From the human T2T-CHM13v2.0 reference genome, Homo sapiens, in assembly GCF_009914755.1 (NCBI RefSeq), contig NC_060927.1: a stretch of DNA of 64,000 nucleotides; one strand, written 5' to 3'. Numbering within the stretch: the stretch's first letter is position 1; the number at the start of each line of letters is the position of its first letter. The notes beneath the pieces were generated by a model. It was not told the DNA's origin, did no database searches, and saw nothing but the letters and a program-made list of their open reading frames with translations. Below, one piece after another: positions 13,753-27,577 of this stretch. A program made the position numbers and the translations under genes.

Positions 13753-15469
13753 ATACCTATATGTAAAAATGCTGATTCGTTAGACACACATTCTACATAA
13801 TCCTAACTTTCTCCTCAAAAGATTAAAATAGCAAGAGGAAAACAGACTCAGAATTCCCAAGAAGTCTGGAAATGTGAATGAACAACTAAGTGCAGAGAGC
13901 TTTCTGAAGGGGATAGGAAAGACTCATGACAAGAAAATGGAGTTGGGAGGATGTCAAAGGATTTGGAGACAGTAGAATAATTGGAAAATGATGCTTATAT
14001 GAAATAATTTAAGATATTGGTGGAAATGTACAATGTGTCTATTAGAAATATGAATGCCCTTCAGCAATGTTGCTTATCTGAAAGGTTTCATTTTCTTATT
14101 TTCCCTAGATAGCCATCATATTCATTTATCTTACTAACATCCTCATAATTGATTCCCCAGTGTCACCTTGTAAAAGTACTTTTATACTCTTTTCATCGCC
14201 AAGATACCTCACACGTACACCATTGCAAACATACACTGGTCCCAATGACATCGCATCTTTGCTTTATTTTTATTTTTTTAAATAGATTCTTCAATAGCCT
14301 ATGTTATGCCTTTTACAGATTCTCTGGACACACATCAGGTGCCTCACCATCATTGTTAATGGCAATCAGAGCAAGTAATGTCTTTTAGTTCTTTTTCATT
14401 AATGAAATGGAATAGCACCATATTCAGTCTGTTAGTGATACACTATTACATCGAGAGCTTACTGAAGAAATGCAGCCAGCCTGTGTACATAGGGCTGGTT
14501 TTCCTTAGATGTGATTTTCAGCCATGAACAAACAAGGCACCCTTTCATCTAGCAGAAAAGTTTGCTGTCTTCCCCTCTTTCTTTCTCATTTGTTTTGTCC
14601 TATTTTTTTCCTGACAGTCTGCAAGAAATATAATGTTTTCTAAATGACATTGAAAATTCTTGCAGATTAGGTATTCAAAGGGATAAAATATCAATTAATC
14701 TTTTGAAAGCCTTTCTTTTTTGTTGTTCCTGTCTTTGGATTTCAGTTTCTTGAATTCCTTACTCTCAAAGAAATGTTTTTCCTCTTGATTTTTCTCATTA
14801 TAAAACTGGATATAAATGTAAAGTAAGCAGTCATTCTAGGTATTTTTTAAATTCCTTTAGCATTCATGCAGAAAAAAAAACTCTGCTGTTATTTTAATCC
14901 CTTTAGGAAAGTATGTTTGATTGATGCCCTCGAACTTGGCTAGTTGAGGCAAAATCTGAGAGTTTTTTTTTAATCCTCTAAACTCAATTGAATTATATTG
15001 CCTTAGCTTATACTTTATAAGGTGCCCGTTAGCTTTAAAACTCACACTACCGGCATTTGTGCTTGTCAACCAAGCCATTTAGACTTTAAGTTCATTTGAA
15101 GAATTAAATTAATGTGATGCTAAAGCGTCTATTTGTGTATAGGTCCCAGTTCCTAAAATAACTTTTCTTAGCAGTCTCACCAAGAGTGAAATGCTGTTAG
15201 TGGGCTAAAGGAAAGTATATCAACTTCACAGGCCTTATTCTAGAATCAGTAATTTGTGTGTTAAAAAATGAGTATTAAAGTAGGCAGTACAGCTGATGCA
15301 TTCTTGTTAAATAAAGCATGAAAGTTCAGCTTTTGTGTTCATTTCTGCAGTGAGTTCCCTTTACTACCCCTTTTTCACCATAGTTCATTCCTGAATGGCC
15401 AGACATAATGAGAAGATACAAGAATTCGACTGCTCAATAGAAGTACCTCATCCCATCTTAATGCTGAGC

Positions 15470-15660
15470 AGGCAGCATATGGTGAAAGAATGAATACAAG
15501 TTTTGAACAAGATGAGCATTTAAATCCCAGCTCTTGCATGGACTGTATGTATGGGTTCTCTGAAGCTGTCTTACCATCTGTAAAGAAGATAATGACAATA
15601 CTCACAGAGATATACTATGAGAGTTAGATGAGATATTGGCATAGTCATAATAGATACTCA
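15470..15660 (+). mobile_element. MIR
   Basis: Core ttaaatcccagctct...catctgtaaa..gataatgacaatac...gagagttagatgagat. Confidence 0.6.
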
Positions 15661-15718
15661 ATCTTTCCCACATCACAGGATTCCAAGCTTTTGACTTAGC
15701 ATGTTCAATTTTTTAAAG

Positions 15719-15925
15719 CAATAGTTCTCAAACTGTGATCCCAGTCTAGCAGCACAGCATCTCCTGAGAGCTTGTTAGACATACAGATTCTCAGGCCTTG
15801 ACCCAGATCTACTGAACCCAAAAGGGTTGGGCAGGGGGTGAGGGTGGAGGTGGAACCATCTTATTTTTAAAAAGCCTCCAGGTGACTCTGGTGCATGATT
15901 CTGATGGTGAGTTTGAGAACCACTT
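15719..15925. mobile_element. MER5A-like MITE
   Basis: gttctcaaact...gagagcttgttaga..cagattctcaggcc..ccagatctactgaa...gtttgagaaccact. Confidence 0.75.
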
Positions 15926-15999
15926 AAGCCAATCAGCAAATCACAAACATTGGCTGTGTGTGAATGGGGAAAGGATAAAATGATTAAAACAGTGGGAGG

Positions 16000-18276
16000 T
16001 ATATAAGTTCATTTTCATGATGCTGCGAAGAATTACTCAAGACTGAGTAATGTGTAAAGGAAAGAGGTTTAATTGACTTACAGTTCTGCAGGGCTCGGGA
16101 GGCCTCAGGAAACTTACAATCGTGGTGGAAGGGGAAGCAAACACATCCTTATTCACATGGCAGCAGCAAGGAGAAGTGCCAAGCAAAGTGGGAAAAGCCC
16201 CTTATAAAACCATCAGATCTCCTGAGAACTCACTATCACAAGAACAGCATAGAGGAACTGCCCCATGATTCAATTGTCTCCCACCAGATCCTTCCTGCAA
16301 CATGGGATTATGGGAACTACAATTCAAGATGAGATTTGGGTGGGGACATACCCAAACCATATTATTTCACCCCGGCCCCTCCCAAATCTCATGTCCTTAC
16401 CTTTCAAAACACAATCATGCCTTTCCAACAGTCCTCCAAAGTCTTAGCTCATTCCAGCGTTAACCCAAAAGTCCAAATCCAAAGTCTCATCAGAGACAAG
16501 GGAAATTCCTTCCACCTATGAGCCTGTAAAATCAAAGGCAAGTTAGTTACTTCCTAGATACAATGTGAGTACAGGAATTGGATAAATATACTTATTCCAA
16601 ATGGGAGAAATTAGCCAAACCAAAGGGACTACAGACCCCATGAAAGTTCAAAATCCAGTGGGGCAGTCAAATCTCAAAGCTCCAAAATGATCTCCTTTGA
16701 CTCCATGTCTCACATCCAGGGATGTGGTACAAGAGGTGGGCTCCCATGGCCTTGGGCAGCTTTGCCCCTGTGGCTTTGCAGGGAACAGCTCCCCTCCCAA
16801 TTGCTTTCACAGGCTGGAATTGAGTGCCTGTGGCTTTTCCAGGTACACAGTGCAAGCTGTTGGTGGATCTACCATTCTGGGATCTGGAAGACAGTGTCCC
16901 TCTTTTCACAGCTCCAGTAGGCAGTGCCCCAGGGGGGACTCTGTGTGGGAACTCGCACCCCACATTTCCCTTCCACACTGCCCTAGCAGAAGTTCTCCAT
17001 GAGAGTTCTCTGTCCCTGCAGCAAACTTCTGCTTGGACATCCAGATTTTTCCATACATCCTCTGAAATCTAGGCAGAGATTCTCAAACCTCAATTCTTGA
17101 CTTGTGTGCACCTGCAGGCTCAACACCACGTGGAAGCTGCCAAGGCTTGGGGCTTGCACTCTCTGAAGCCATAGCCCAAGCCGTACCTTGGCCCCTTTCT
17201 AGCCATGGCTGGAGCAGCTAACACAGAAGTCACTAAGTCCTAGGCTGCACACAGTGAAGGGACCCTGGGCCTGGTTCAGGAGACTATTTTTCCTCCTTAG
17301 CCTCTGGTCCTGTGATGAGAGGGGCTGCTATGTAGACCTCTGACATGCCCTGGAGACATTTTTCCCATTGTCTTGGTGATTAACAGTTGGCTCCTCATTA
17401 CTTATGCAATTTTCTGCAGCCAGCTTGAATTTCTCCCTGAAAATGGGTTTTTCTTTCCTATAGCATTGTCAAGATGCAAATTTTCCAAACTTTTATGCTG
17501 TGTCACCTCTTGAATATTTTGTGGCCTAGAAATTTCTTCCACCAGATACCGTAAATCATCTCTCTTAAGTTCAAAGTTCCACAGATCTCTAGGGCGGGGG
17601 CAAAATGCCTCCAGTCTCTTTGCTAAAGCATGGCAAGAGTCACCTTTGTTCTAGTTCCCAAGAAATTTCTTATCTCCGTCTGAGACCACCTCAGCCTGGA
17701 CTTCATTGTCCATATCACTATCAGCATTTTGGTAAAAACCATCCAACAAGTCTCTAGGAAGTTTCAAAGTTTCCCACATCTTCCTGTCTTCTTCTGAACC
17801 CTCCAAACTGTTCCAACCTCTACGTGTTACCCAGTTCCAGAGTTGCTTCCACATTTTCAGGTATCTTTACAGCAGCACCCCACTACACAGTACCAATTTA
17901 CTATACTAGTCTGTTCTCATGCTGCTATGAAGAACTTCATGAGACTGGGTAATTTATAAAGGAAAAAGGTTTAATTCACTCACAGTTCTGCAGGACTGGG
18001 GAGGCCTCGGGAAACTTACAACAATCATGGTGGAAGGTGAAGGAAATATATCCTTCTTCACATGGTGGAAGGAAGAAGTGCCAAGCAAAGAAGGAAATAA
18101 CCCCTTATAAAACCATTAGATCTCATGAGAACTCACTCACTATCCTGAGAACAGCATGGAGGTAGCTGCCCCCATGATTCAATTACTTCCCACCAGGTCC
18201 TTCCCACAACATGTGAGGATTATGGGAACTACAATTCAAGATGAGATTTGGGTGGGGACACAGCAAAATCTAATCA
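16000..18276 (-). mobile_element. Complete THE1 (C/D-like) MaLR element: LTR 16000-16364, internal region 16365-17901, LTR 17902-18276
   Basis: Two ~370-bp homologous LTRs ending gagatttgggtggggaca..aaa..atca. MaLR internal sequence. Perfect 5-bp TSD GGAGG (15995-15999 / 18277-18281). Confidence 0.93.
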
Positions 18277-18361
18277 GGAGGGAGTTAAACTGACAGTAGA
18301 CATTTTAGTCTTGTGTAGAATGTTAATTTTTCTTTATCAGTCAAACTCCTTCCTTCCAGAA

Positions 18362-18508
18362 TTATACATATATATGTATAATATATATTAATATATATAA
18401 TATATATATTATATATTTTTATATATATTTTGTATGTATAATATATTATATATGTGTATATATAATATATTATTATATATTGTATATATAATAAGATATA
18501 TATACATA
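18362..18508. repeat. Degenerate (TA)n / AT-rich tract
   Basis: Directly visible in the sequence. Confidence 0.9.
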
Positions 18509-19644
18509 TCTTTCTTTTATGATTTCCTTCCTTTTGCATGACTTTTTTTGAAGACTGACATAATTTCACTTAGGTTGGAAATGAGTGTATTGGTCCCCTT
18601 GGAGAAAAATAAATAAATCCCTATTTGAGTTTATCCAGTACAATAAAAACTATCAGGATAAAATGATATAAGTAGGAAGTCCTAGAAAAAATGAAATCCA
18701 ATGATCAGTACCTTCGCATAGTATGTGTATCCGCTATGGAATAGTTGGTTATAACTTTTAGAATTCTAGAGGTCTAAAACCAGCATGATAGCTCATTCCT
18801 CATCTCTTGGTCTGAAGAGGAGGGAGGCACAATTGTTTATAAACATAACGGCACTGAGGTGGGGTGTATGGGTATGAAATCCTAGTGTTTCTACATGGTT
18901 ACTTTATATAGGTTTTACTGAGTTAAAGCTCTGTTTTTAATATGGGTCAAGACTCATATATATATATATATAATACCATACCAACAAGCCCTGCATCCCT
19001 AGCATGATCCTTTGAACCTCTAGTAATTAGGGCAGTAACTAAATTGGCCCTTTTTATTTTCCACTGGTGTCAATACCAGCTAAGAGGATTACATCTTGCT
19101 TGGATATTAAGACTCTTTTCATAACTGAAAGCATCTAATCCTGATTATTCACTGTTTGTATTTATAAAATATATAAAACTAGAAATAAATCTCTCAACTG
19201 AGGCCCAAATGTCACAGTCAAATTAACCTTCCTTGACTACTGATTCACTTTGACTCACAGCTAATGAGGACAGCTCCTTTTTTTTTTCTTCTATTTTTCT
19301 CTCAGTGCCTGTAGAATAAATCCTACATAGAACTGGAAATAGATTTTATTGTGCATATATTTACTTATCTCCTGTGCCCTTCACATTGCTTCCAGTTCTG
19401 TATCCCCTGTGCCCTTCACAATTGCTTCCAGTTACTTTGGAGATTTTTTTTTTTTTCTGTTTTACTTTCCTGTTCAGAATGCAAGATAAAATCCCATGGA
19501 AAAATGATCAAAATGCAAAGTACTCAACACAAAATTATAACTTAAATTTGATTTATCTTTTGGTCATATAGATTTCCTTAGGGAACATATTTAAACATCA
19601 TTTCCCAAACATTCCCTAGAGTAAGAGATCTGAAATTTTGTAGC

Positions 19645-19793
19645 CTAGTAAAATCACCATGTGAGCATTAAATGCCCGAATGCCCAGGTTACAGTCCAGG
19701 CCAATTAAATCAGCATATCCGTGGGTGGATCCAAGCATCAGTAGTTTATTAAATCTTCCCAGGTGATTACAATGTAAAGCCAAGTTTGAAAGT
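19645..19793. mobile_element. MER5B-like MITE
   Basis: ccaattaaatcag...cccaggtgattacaatgtaaagccaagtttga. Confidence 0.6.
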
Positions 19794-19949
19794 TTGAAAG
19801 GATCCTAAAGGATTCCTCTCAGTCTTATGAGATATTAGTGTTGTACTTAAACAAAAAACGTATAAGATTTACCACCTTTGGGAAATGTAGCAGACTGTTT
19901 TTGTCTTCTTACAAACACTTAAGAGAATCACAATGAACATCTTCACATT

Positions 19950-20250
19950 GGCTAAGCTCGGTGTCTCATGCCTGTAATCCCAGCACTGTGGGAGGCCAAG
20001 GCAGGTGGATCACTTGAAGTCAGGAGTTTGAGACCAGCCTGGGTAACATGGTGAACCCCCATCTCCACTAAAAATACAAAAATTAATTGGGTGTGGTGGC
20101 GCGTGCTTATAATCCCAGCTACTTGGAGGCTGAGGTGGGAGAATCATCTGAACCCTGGAGGCAGATGTTGCAGTGAGCCAAGATCCCACCACCGTACTCC
20201 AGGCTAGGTGACAGAACCAGGCTGCCCCCTCCAAAAAAAAAAAAAAAAAA
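19950..20250 (+). mobile_element. Alu (old S/J type)
   Basis: Dimeric Alu with poly(A) tail. Confidence 0.95.
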
Positions 20251-21107
20251 GTGTATTAAAGGCTGAGTACATAAAGGAAGAAAATGGATGTAAAGAATGA
20301 AGGAGGACAAGAGAAAAAGTAACTCACACCTCCAAGAAAAACTGAAAACCTATTTAGCTTGGCTTATTTCATCATATTTCAAATTTGTTTGCTCAGATTT
20401 CATTGTATGTAGAACACCTGTAAAAATTTTATTGGAACACATCTTCCATAGAATATAATTCAGAAAATATGGATTAAAAGGAATCCACCACGAAGTGTGT
20501 TTCTGAAATGCTTATTAAAAACCCAGTTATATCAGATCTTCCTATACTTTGTTGTCATTTTTGATATTTAAAATAGTGTGTGAAGTATAACATAAGACTT
20601 CAGAAATTATGTGAAGTATCTAATAGAAATAGGGTATTTGGATCACAAGCACCATGTGAAATTTAGTTTTAAAAAGTCAGTCTCCAAAAATTAACAGAAG
20701 AATTAAATGAATGGTATGTAGAGGACTCCAACGTTTATTAACACTGGAAAGGGAAATCCAATCAGGTAAGAAAGTAGAGTGGTATGATAGCAGAAATACA
20801 GTGCCAGGATACATTAGATCTAGTGGCATGTGCAGGATAAGCTTAAACAAACTGGTTAGTCTGGGACTATCCAATATCCCATTTCTATTATACTCATTCA
20901 CCATTTTATATTCTCTTCTCCCGGGCTTTTCTAAAAACTTTCTTTTTCTGAACTTTATACCTCTGGAGGCTATCTAATCAGTTGTTGTCTACAGTTTCTT
21001 CTTTCCTTCATGAAAACTAACTGGTAACCTTTCCTCGGGAGTCTCCCAACTCCTTCTTGGGGGCCAATTGTATGGTAAAATACTAATTTCTGAATGCATT
21101 AACATTT

Positions 21108-24100
21108 CTTTTTAATTTTCTTAATTTTATTTTATTTTTCCATAAGTTATTGGAGTACAGGTGGTATTTGGTTACATGAGTAAGTTCTTTAGTGGTGATT
21201 TGTGAAATTTTGGTGCACCCATCACCCTAGCAGTATACACTGCACCATATTTGTAGTCTTTTATTCCTCACTCCCCTCCCACTCTTCCCCCTTTGTCCCC
21301 AAAGTCAATTATATCATTCTTATGCCTTTTTGTCCTCATAGCTTAGCTCCCACACATCAGTGAGAACATAACATGTTTGATTTTCCATTCCTGAGTACCT
21401 CACTTAGAATAATAGTCTCCAATCTCATCCAGGTCACTGCAAATGCTGTTAATTCATTCATTTTTATGGTTGAGTAGTATTCTATCATATATACATACCA
21501 CAGTTTTTTTATCCGCTTTGTTGATTGATGGGCATTTGGGTTGGTTCCATGATTTTGCAGTTGTGAATTGTGCTGCTATAAACAAGCATATGCAAGTATA
21601 TTTTTTGAATAATAATAATTATTTTTTTCCTCTGGGTAGATAACCAGTAGTGGGATTGCTGGATCAAATGGTAGTTCTACTTTTAGTTCTTCAAGGAATA
21701 TCCACACTGTTTTCCATAGCAGCTTTACTAGTTTACATTCCCACCAGCAGTTTAGAAGTGTTCCCTGATTACTGCACCCATACCAACAGCTACTGGTTTT
21801 TTTTATTTTTTGATTATGGCCATTCTTGCAAGAGTAAGGTGGTATCGCATTGTGGTTTTGATTTGCATTTCCCTGATCATTAGTGATTTTGAGCATTTTT
21901 TCACATGTTTGTTGGCCATTTGTATATCTTCTTTTGAGAATTGTCTATTCACGTCCTTGGCCCACTTTTTGATGGGATTGTTTGGTTTTTTCTTACTGAT
22001 TTGTCTGAGTTAACTGTAGATTCTGGATATCGGTCCTTTGTCAGATGTATAGATTGTGAAGATTTTCTCCCGTTCTGTGGGTTTTCTGTTTACTCTGCTG
22101 ACTGTTCCTTTTTCTGTACAAAAGGATCTTAGTTTAATTAAGCCCAAAAAACTTTATCTTTGTTTTTATTGCATTTGCTTTTGGGTTGTTGGTCATGAAA
22201 TCCTTGCCTAAGCCAATGTCTCGAAGGGTTTTTCCAATATTCTTCCAGAATTTTTATAATTTCAGGTCTTAGGTTTAAGTGCTTAATGCATCTTGAGTTG
22301 ATTTTTGTATAAGGTGAGAGATGAGGATCCAGTTTCATTCTCCTACATGTGGCTACCAATTATCCCAGCACCATTTGTTGAAAAGGGTGTCCTTTTTCCA
22401 CTTTTATGTTTTTGTTTGCTTTGTCAAAGATCAGTTGGCTGTAAGTATTTGGGTTTATTTTTTGAGTTCTCTATTCTGTTCCATTGGTCTATGTGCCTAT
22501 TTTTATATCAGTACCATGCTGTTTTGATGACTACGGCCTTATAGTTTAAAATCAGGTGGTGCGATACCTCCAGATTTGTTATTTTTGCTTTGGCTATATG
22601 GGCTCTTTCTTGGTTCCATATGAATTTTAGAATTGTTTTTTCTAACTCTGTGAAAATGATGGTGGTATTCTGATGGGGATTTTGTGGAATTTGAATACTG
22701 CTTTTGGCAGTATGGTCATTTTCACAATATTGATTCTACCCATCCATGAGCATGGGATGTGTTTCCATTTGTGTCGTCTATGATTACTTTCAGAAATATT
22801 TTGTAGTTTTGCTTGTAGAGGTCTTTCAACTCCTTTGTTAGGTATATTCCTAAGTATTTTTTTTCAGCTAGGGGTTGAGTTCTCGATTTGATTCTCCACT
22901 TGGTCACTGTTGGTGTATAGAAGAGCTACTGATTTTTGTACATTAACCTTGTATCCAGAAACTGCTGAATTCTTTGATCAGTTCTAGGAGTTTTCTGGAG
23001 GAGTCCTTAGGGTTTTCAAGGTAAATAATCATATTCTCAGCAAACGGACAGTTTGACTTCTTCTTTACTGATTTGGATGCCCTTTATTTATTTCTCTTGT
23101 CTGATTGCTCTGGCTAGGACTTCCAGTACTATGTTAAAGAGGAGTGGTGACAGTGGGCATCCTTGTCTTGTTCCAGTTCTCAGAGGGAATGCTTTCAGCT
23201 TTTCCCCATTCAGTGTTATGTTGGCTCTGGGTTTGTCATATATGGCTTTTATTACATTAAGGTATGTCCCTTGTATGCCAATTTTGCTGAGGGTTTTAAT
23301 CATAAAGGGATGCTGGATTTTGTCAAATGCTTTTTCTGCATCTATTCAGATGACCACGATTTTTGTTTTTAGTTCTGTTTATGTGGTGTATCACACTTAT
23401 TGACTTGTGTATGTTAAACCATCCCTGCATCTCTGGTAGGAAACCCACTTGATCATGGTGGATTATCTTCTCATTTTGTTGTTGGATTTGGTTAGCTATT
23501 ATTTTGCTAAGGATTTTAGCATCTATGTTCATCAAGGATATCAGTCTGTAGTTGTCTTTTTGGCTTGTGTCCTTTCCTGGTTTTGGTATTAGCGGGTGAT
23601 GCTGTCTTCATGGAATGAATTAGGGAGGTTCCTTCTTTCTCTATCTTGTGGAATAGTGTCAAAAGGATTGGTACCAATTCTTCTTTGAATGTCTAGTAGA
23701 AATCTTCTATGAATCCGTCTGGTCCTGGATTTGTTTTTGTTTTTATTTTTGTTTTTGAGACAGTCTCTGGCCTCACTGCAACCTCTGCCTCCCGAGTTCA
23801 AGTGCTTCTCCTGCCTCAGCCTCCTGAGTAGCTTGGAATACAGGTGTGTGTCACCATGTCCGGCTAATTTTTTGTATTTTTAGTAGAGACGGGATTTCAC
23901 CATGTTAGCCAGGATGGTCTTGATCTCCTGACCTCGTGATTTGCCTGCCTCAGCCTCCCAAAGTGCTGGGATTACAGGCGTGAGCCACTGTGCCCGGCCT
24001 GGACTTTTTGTTGTTGTTGGTAATTTTTTAATTACTGTTTCAATCTTGCTGCTTGTTATCGGTCTGTTCAGGGCATCTAATTCTTCCTGATTTAAGCTAG

Positions 24101-25278
24101 GAGGGTTGTATTTTTCCAGAAATTTATCCGTCTTTTCTAGGTTTTCTAGTTTATGTGTGTAAATGTGTTCACAGTAGCCTTGAATTATCTTTTGTATTTC
24201 AGTGGTGTCAGTTGTAATACTGTTTCATTTCTTAGTGAGGTTATTTGGATTTTCTCTCTTCTTTTCTTGGTTAATCTTACTAATGTCCTGTTAATTTTAT
24301 TTATCTTTTCAAAGAACCAGATTTTTGTTTCATTTATCTTGTGTATTTTTGTGTTTTGTTTTAATTTCATTTAGTTCTGCTCTGATCTTGGTTATTTTCT
24401 TTCTTCTGCTAGGTTTGGGTTTAGTTTGTTCTTGTTTCTCTAGTTCTGTAAAGTGTGACCATAGAATGTCAGTTTGTGCTATTTCAGACTCTTTGATGTA
24501 GGCATTTAGGGCTTGATCTTTCCTCTTAGCACCACCTTAGCTGTATCCCAGAGGTTTTGATATCCCAGAGGGCAGGACTCACTCCCACGGCTGCCCACCC
24601 GGCCTGCCCCCGTAACAGTCTGTTTCCAGGTGGAGGGCGAGACAGGCTTGAAAACTTGCCCGAGGCTTTCTGCCTCCCAGCTGCAAAGGAAAAGGGCTTT
24701 AGATCTTCCCCTGCCTGTGAAGTCCGCTAGCCAGATTCATGCCCTCCCCTGAGTTCTGGCCGGGGGTTTCTCTCCCCATTCAAATTGTTACAAATTTCAG
24801 ATAGAGAATTCCTTCTCCCAGTGGAGTTTTAGCTCCTGCCCCTCTGGCCACCCTCCTGCTGGATCCCTGTGGTGCCAGGCAGGAATGGGCTGCTTGAGGA
24901 CCCGGTGAGCTCCCAGGGCCTTTCTGCTGCTTCCTCTATCCCTGTATTTCACTCAGCTCGGCTCTCTTAACTTGACTCAGCTCCAGGTAAAGTCGGAAAC
25001 TTCTCCCACAAACAGACCTTCAGCTTCTCCAGTGGGGGTGTGTGCTCAGGAGAGGAGGGTGTCCCGTTCCCACTTCCTCAGTTGGGGCACTCACAGTATT
25101 TAGGGTGCTTCCTGGGTCCTGCAGGAGCAGTCCGCTTCCTTCAGAGGGTCTGTGGATCCTCTCAGGATTGCTGGTTTGTTCTTGCAGTCGATCTAGAGCT
25201 AAAATTCACAGTGCAAGCCTCCGCATGCTGCTCTGTCCGGAGCTGCAATCTAGTTCTGCCTTCCGTCCACCATGATAC
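21108..25278 (-). mobile_element. L1PB-like LINE-1 retaining both ends but internally deleted (ORF1 and EN region missing)
   Basis: L1PB-type 3' UTR at ~21120, ORF2 RT remnants, L1PBa-type 5' end at ~24572-25278. 18-bp TSD ctgaatgc(a/g)ttaacattt at 21090-21107 / 25279-25296. Confidence 0.88.
23730..23999 (-). mobile_element. Alu (Sc/Y-like) nested in the L1PB, with ~40-nt deletion near its 3' end
   Basis: Antisense Alu. L1 ORF2 sequence resumes at cctgga on both sides. Confidence 0.92.
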
Positions 25279-27380
25279 CTGAATGCGTTAACATTTGACC
25301 CTAGTGATGGAATTTCACACGCTGTGATGGATATTTAATTGTAAGACAGACGCAGAGTGATGGTGGTCATTCTCCATATAGCTGTCCTAAGAGATCTCAA
25401 AAACTTCTGCTTAATTAGAGTCTCTTAATCATGAAAAGTTTTGAGTTATCATAGACAGTGGTGAAAATAATTAAAGTAATTAGGCAAATTGGATTTGGAT
25501 AAACATTTTAAATGGATAGTCAAATATCAATGTTGGAGAAGGTTCTATTGGCAACTGAGTCTGATTGACAGGAAAAAGGAAGATTAAATGCCTAATAGAC
25601 AAGGCTCTAAGATTATCCCTGGTCTGATAACGATTTTGGATAATTCTACCAGAGTTGACAATGTTGTGTATTTCTTTTTAACTGATTTCGTCTCTTGCTT
25701 AATTTACCCTTCTAAATTCATATGATCTCCCCAACCACAAAGAACAGTTAAACACCCAGCACAAAATGGTTTAATTTTAAAAGAAATTGATTGATTCATG
25801 TATATAAAAAGCCAATAGCAAGAGCTGCCTCAAATGATATCACTACATGTTTTTTTCTTTATATTCATTTGCATTTGTCTTCACATTCCATATTCTCACA
25901 TCTGACAAATCTATGTCCTCTCTATCATGGTAACAGAGTCGCTGACCCATAAGCTTACACTACACCATGCTAGGGAAGAGAATAGGTCATTTCCAGGTGT
26001 CTCTGTATGGAAAAGAGAATGTTTTCCTTTCCAGTAGCTTAAGTAAACATCAAGTTTCATTGGCTCTGTTAGGGCTATTTTCATTTATTTCTGAACAAAT
26101 GATCAGGATACACTAACTGTAGAGCCAATCACATTGTAACTACATGGTAGTGAAATGGGGGTCATAGGATTTTCAAAAGAAATGTGGATTATCATCAAGA
26201 ATAGGAAATGAATGCTGAGTTGTAAGAAAAAAATGCAAATAGAAGTTCACCCTTGTCATCATTCTTCATATCCTTCTGTCTATAGTGTACAACTTTTGAT
26301 TGATTTTTACTTTTGACCTTAAGTCATTGATCCCTCTTTTAAAAATCTGTCTTGTTTTATAAATATCCTTGAGACAAGACTTAAGAGTATTTTTAGGAAA
26401 TTCAAACCTACATATTTTTATTTTCTATAAGTGTGTATGAAATTCATTAAAGAGGATGTTCGTTTATATCCACCACTTTAAAACTTACAGCAGTTTAAAT
26501 ATAATTGGTTTTCAGTAAAAATTGTATATAATGTAGGAAACATGACTTCATTGGGCAAAACTCTAGAAAAATATGTAGTTAACATTTTTGGGAAAAACTG
26601 TCCGTAGTAGCCTGTGAGTTAGTGAAGGAGTGTCCCCAGGCCCTAAACAGAAACTAATGTTTTCTAGGATATAGCATTCAAGGACCAAGAAACTAGGTGA
26701 GACCAGATCAAGAAAATTAGGAGATAAAAATGAAGAGTAATATGATATCTGTATTGCTTTTTCTTTTTGTTTGATTTTGGCTGCCTTCTTCTTTGCTACC
26801 ACCCAATAATGAGCACTTCTGGTTTGCTTATCTATTTATTTCATTAGTTTTATTTTTTTTCGAAGCTAATTCTTACACGCCTCTCTTAATGTTCAGACCC
26901 TTTATATCTTATTTTTTCCAGTGAATGGGAGATATTAAGATTTGTCCTTTTGAGTTGATTATATCCAATTTATTTTCTTTGTTTGAGAATGTAACTGAGA
27001 TATCACTGGGTCTCTCAATATTTTGAAACCAGATGATTGTCTAAAATCCTCAATCCCATACCCTTTAGAAGTCCAAAGCTTTATGCAACATGTATTTGAG
27101 TTTTCAAGGGCATTAATAATCACTTTTATTTGCTCTCTTTATTCTAGGTTGATTTTGATGTAAAATTTAATCTTTTTTCAATTTTCTCATAAAAATCCCA
27201 CTCAGAGTCACATTAATGAAGATTTGGGATGTGTTCAGGAATCGAAACATATTGTTCGTTCCAATAACTTCAACTTGAATATAAAGCTACATCTCTGTGG
27301 TTTAAATGCCTTTTAATAGCTTCACCAAAGTGGAATTTCAGGCCCATACCACTCATGGGCTCCTCTCTCCTCCGTCTTCC

Positions 27381-27577
27381 CACCAGCTTCTTCAGGTTTT
27401 CTCTCTTCCCATCTTTCTTAGAAACACAAGATGCTCCCATTCCCCGCTTTATAACTGCCTCCTCTCTTGGACTCACTTCTCCAGCTCCTCCAGTGTCTTC
27501 TCTCTTCCCATCTTTCTTAGAAAGACAAGATTATCCCATTCCCCGCTTTATAACTGCCTCCTCTCTTGGACTCACTT
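27381..27577. repeat. Two-copy ~99-bp tandem duplication
   Basis: ttctctcttcccatctttcttagaaa...ataactgcctcctctcttggactcactt starts at both 27399 and 27498. Confidence 0.92.

Noticed and set aside
16265-17854. Cluster of 60-103 aa ORFs
   Set aside because: Translations of THE1 LTR and internal sequence.
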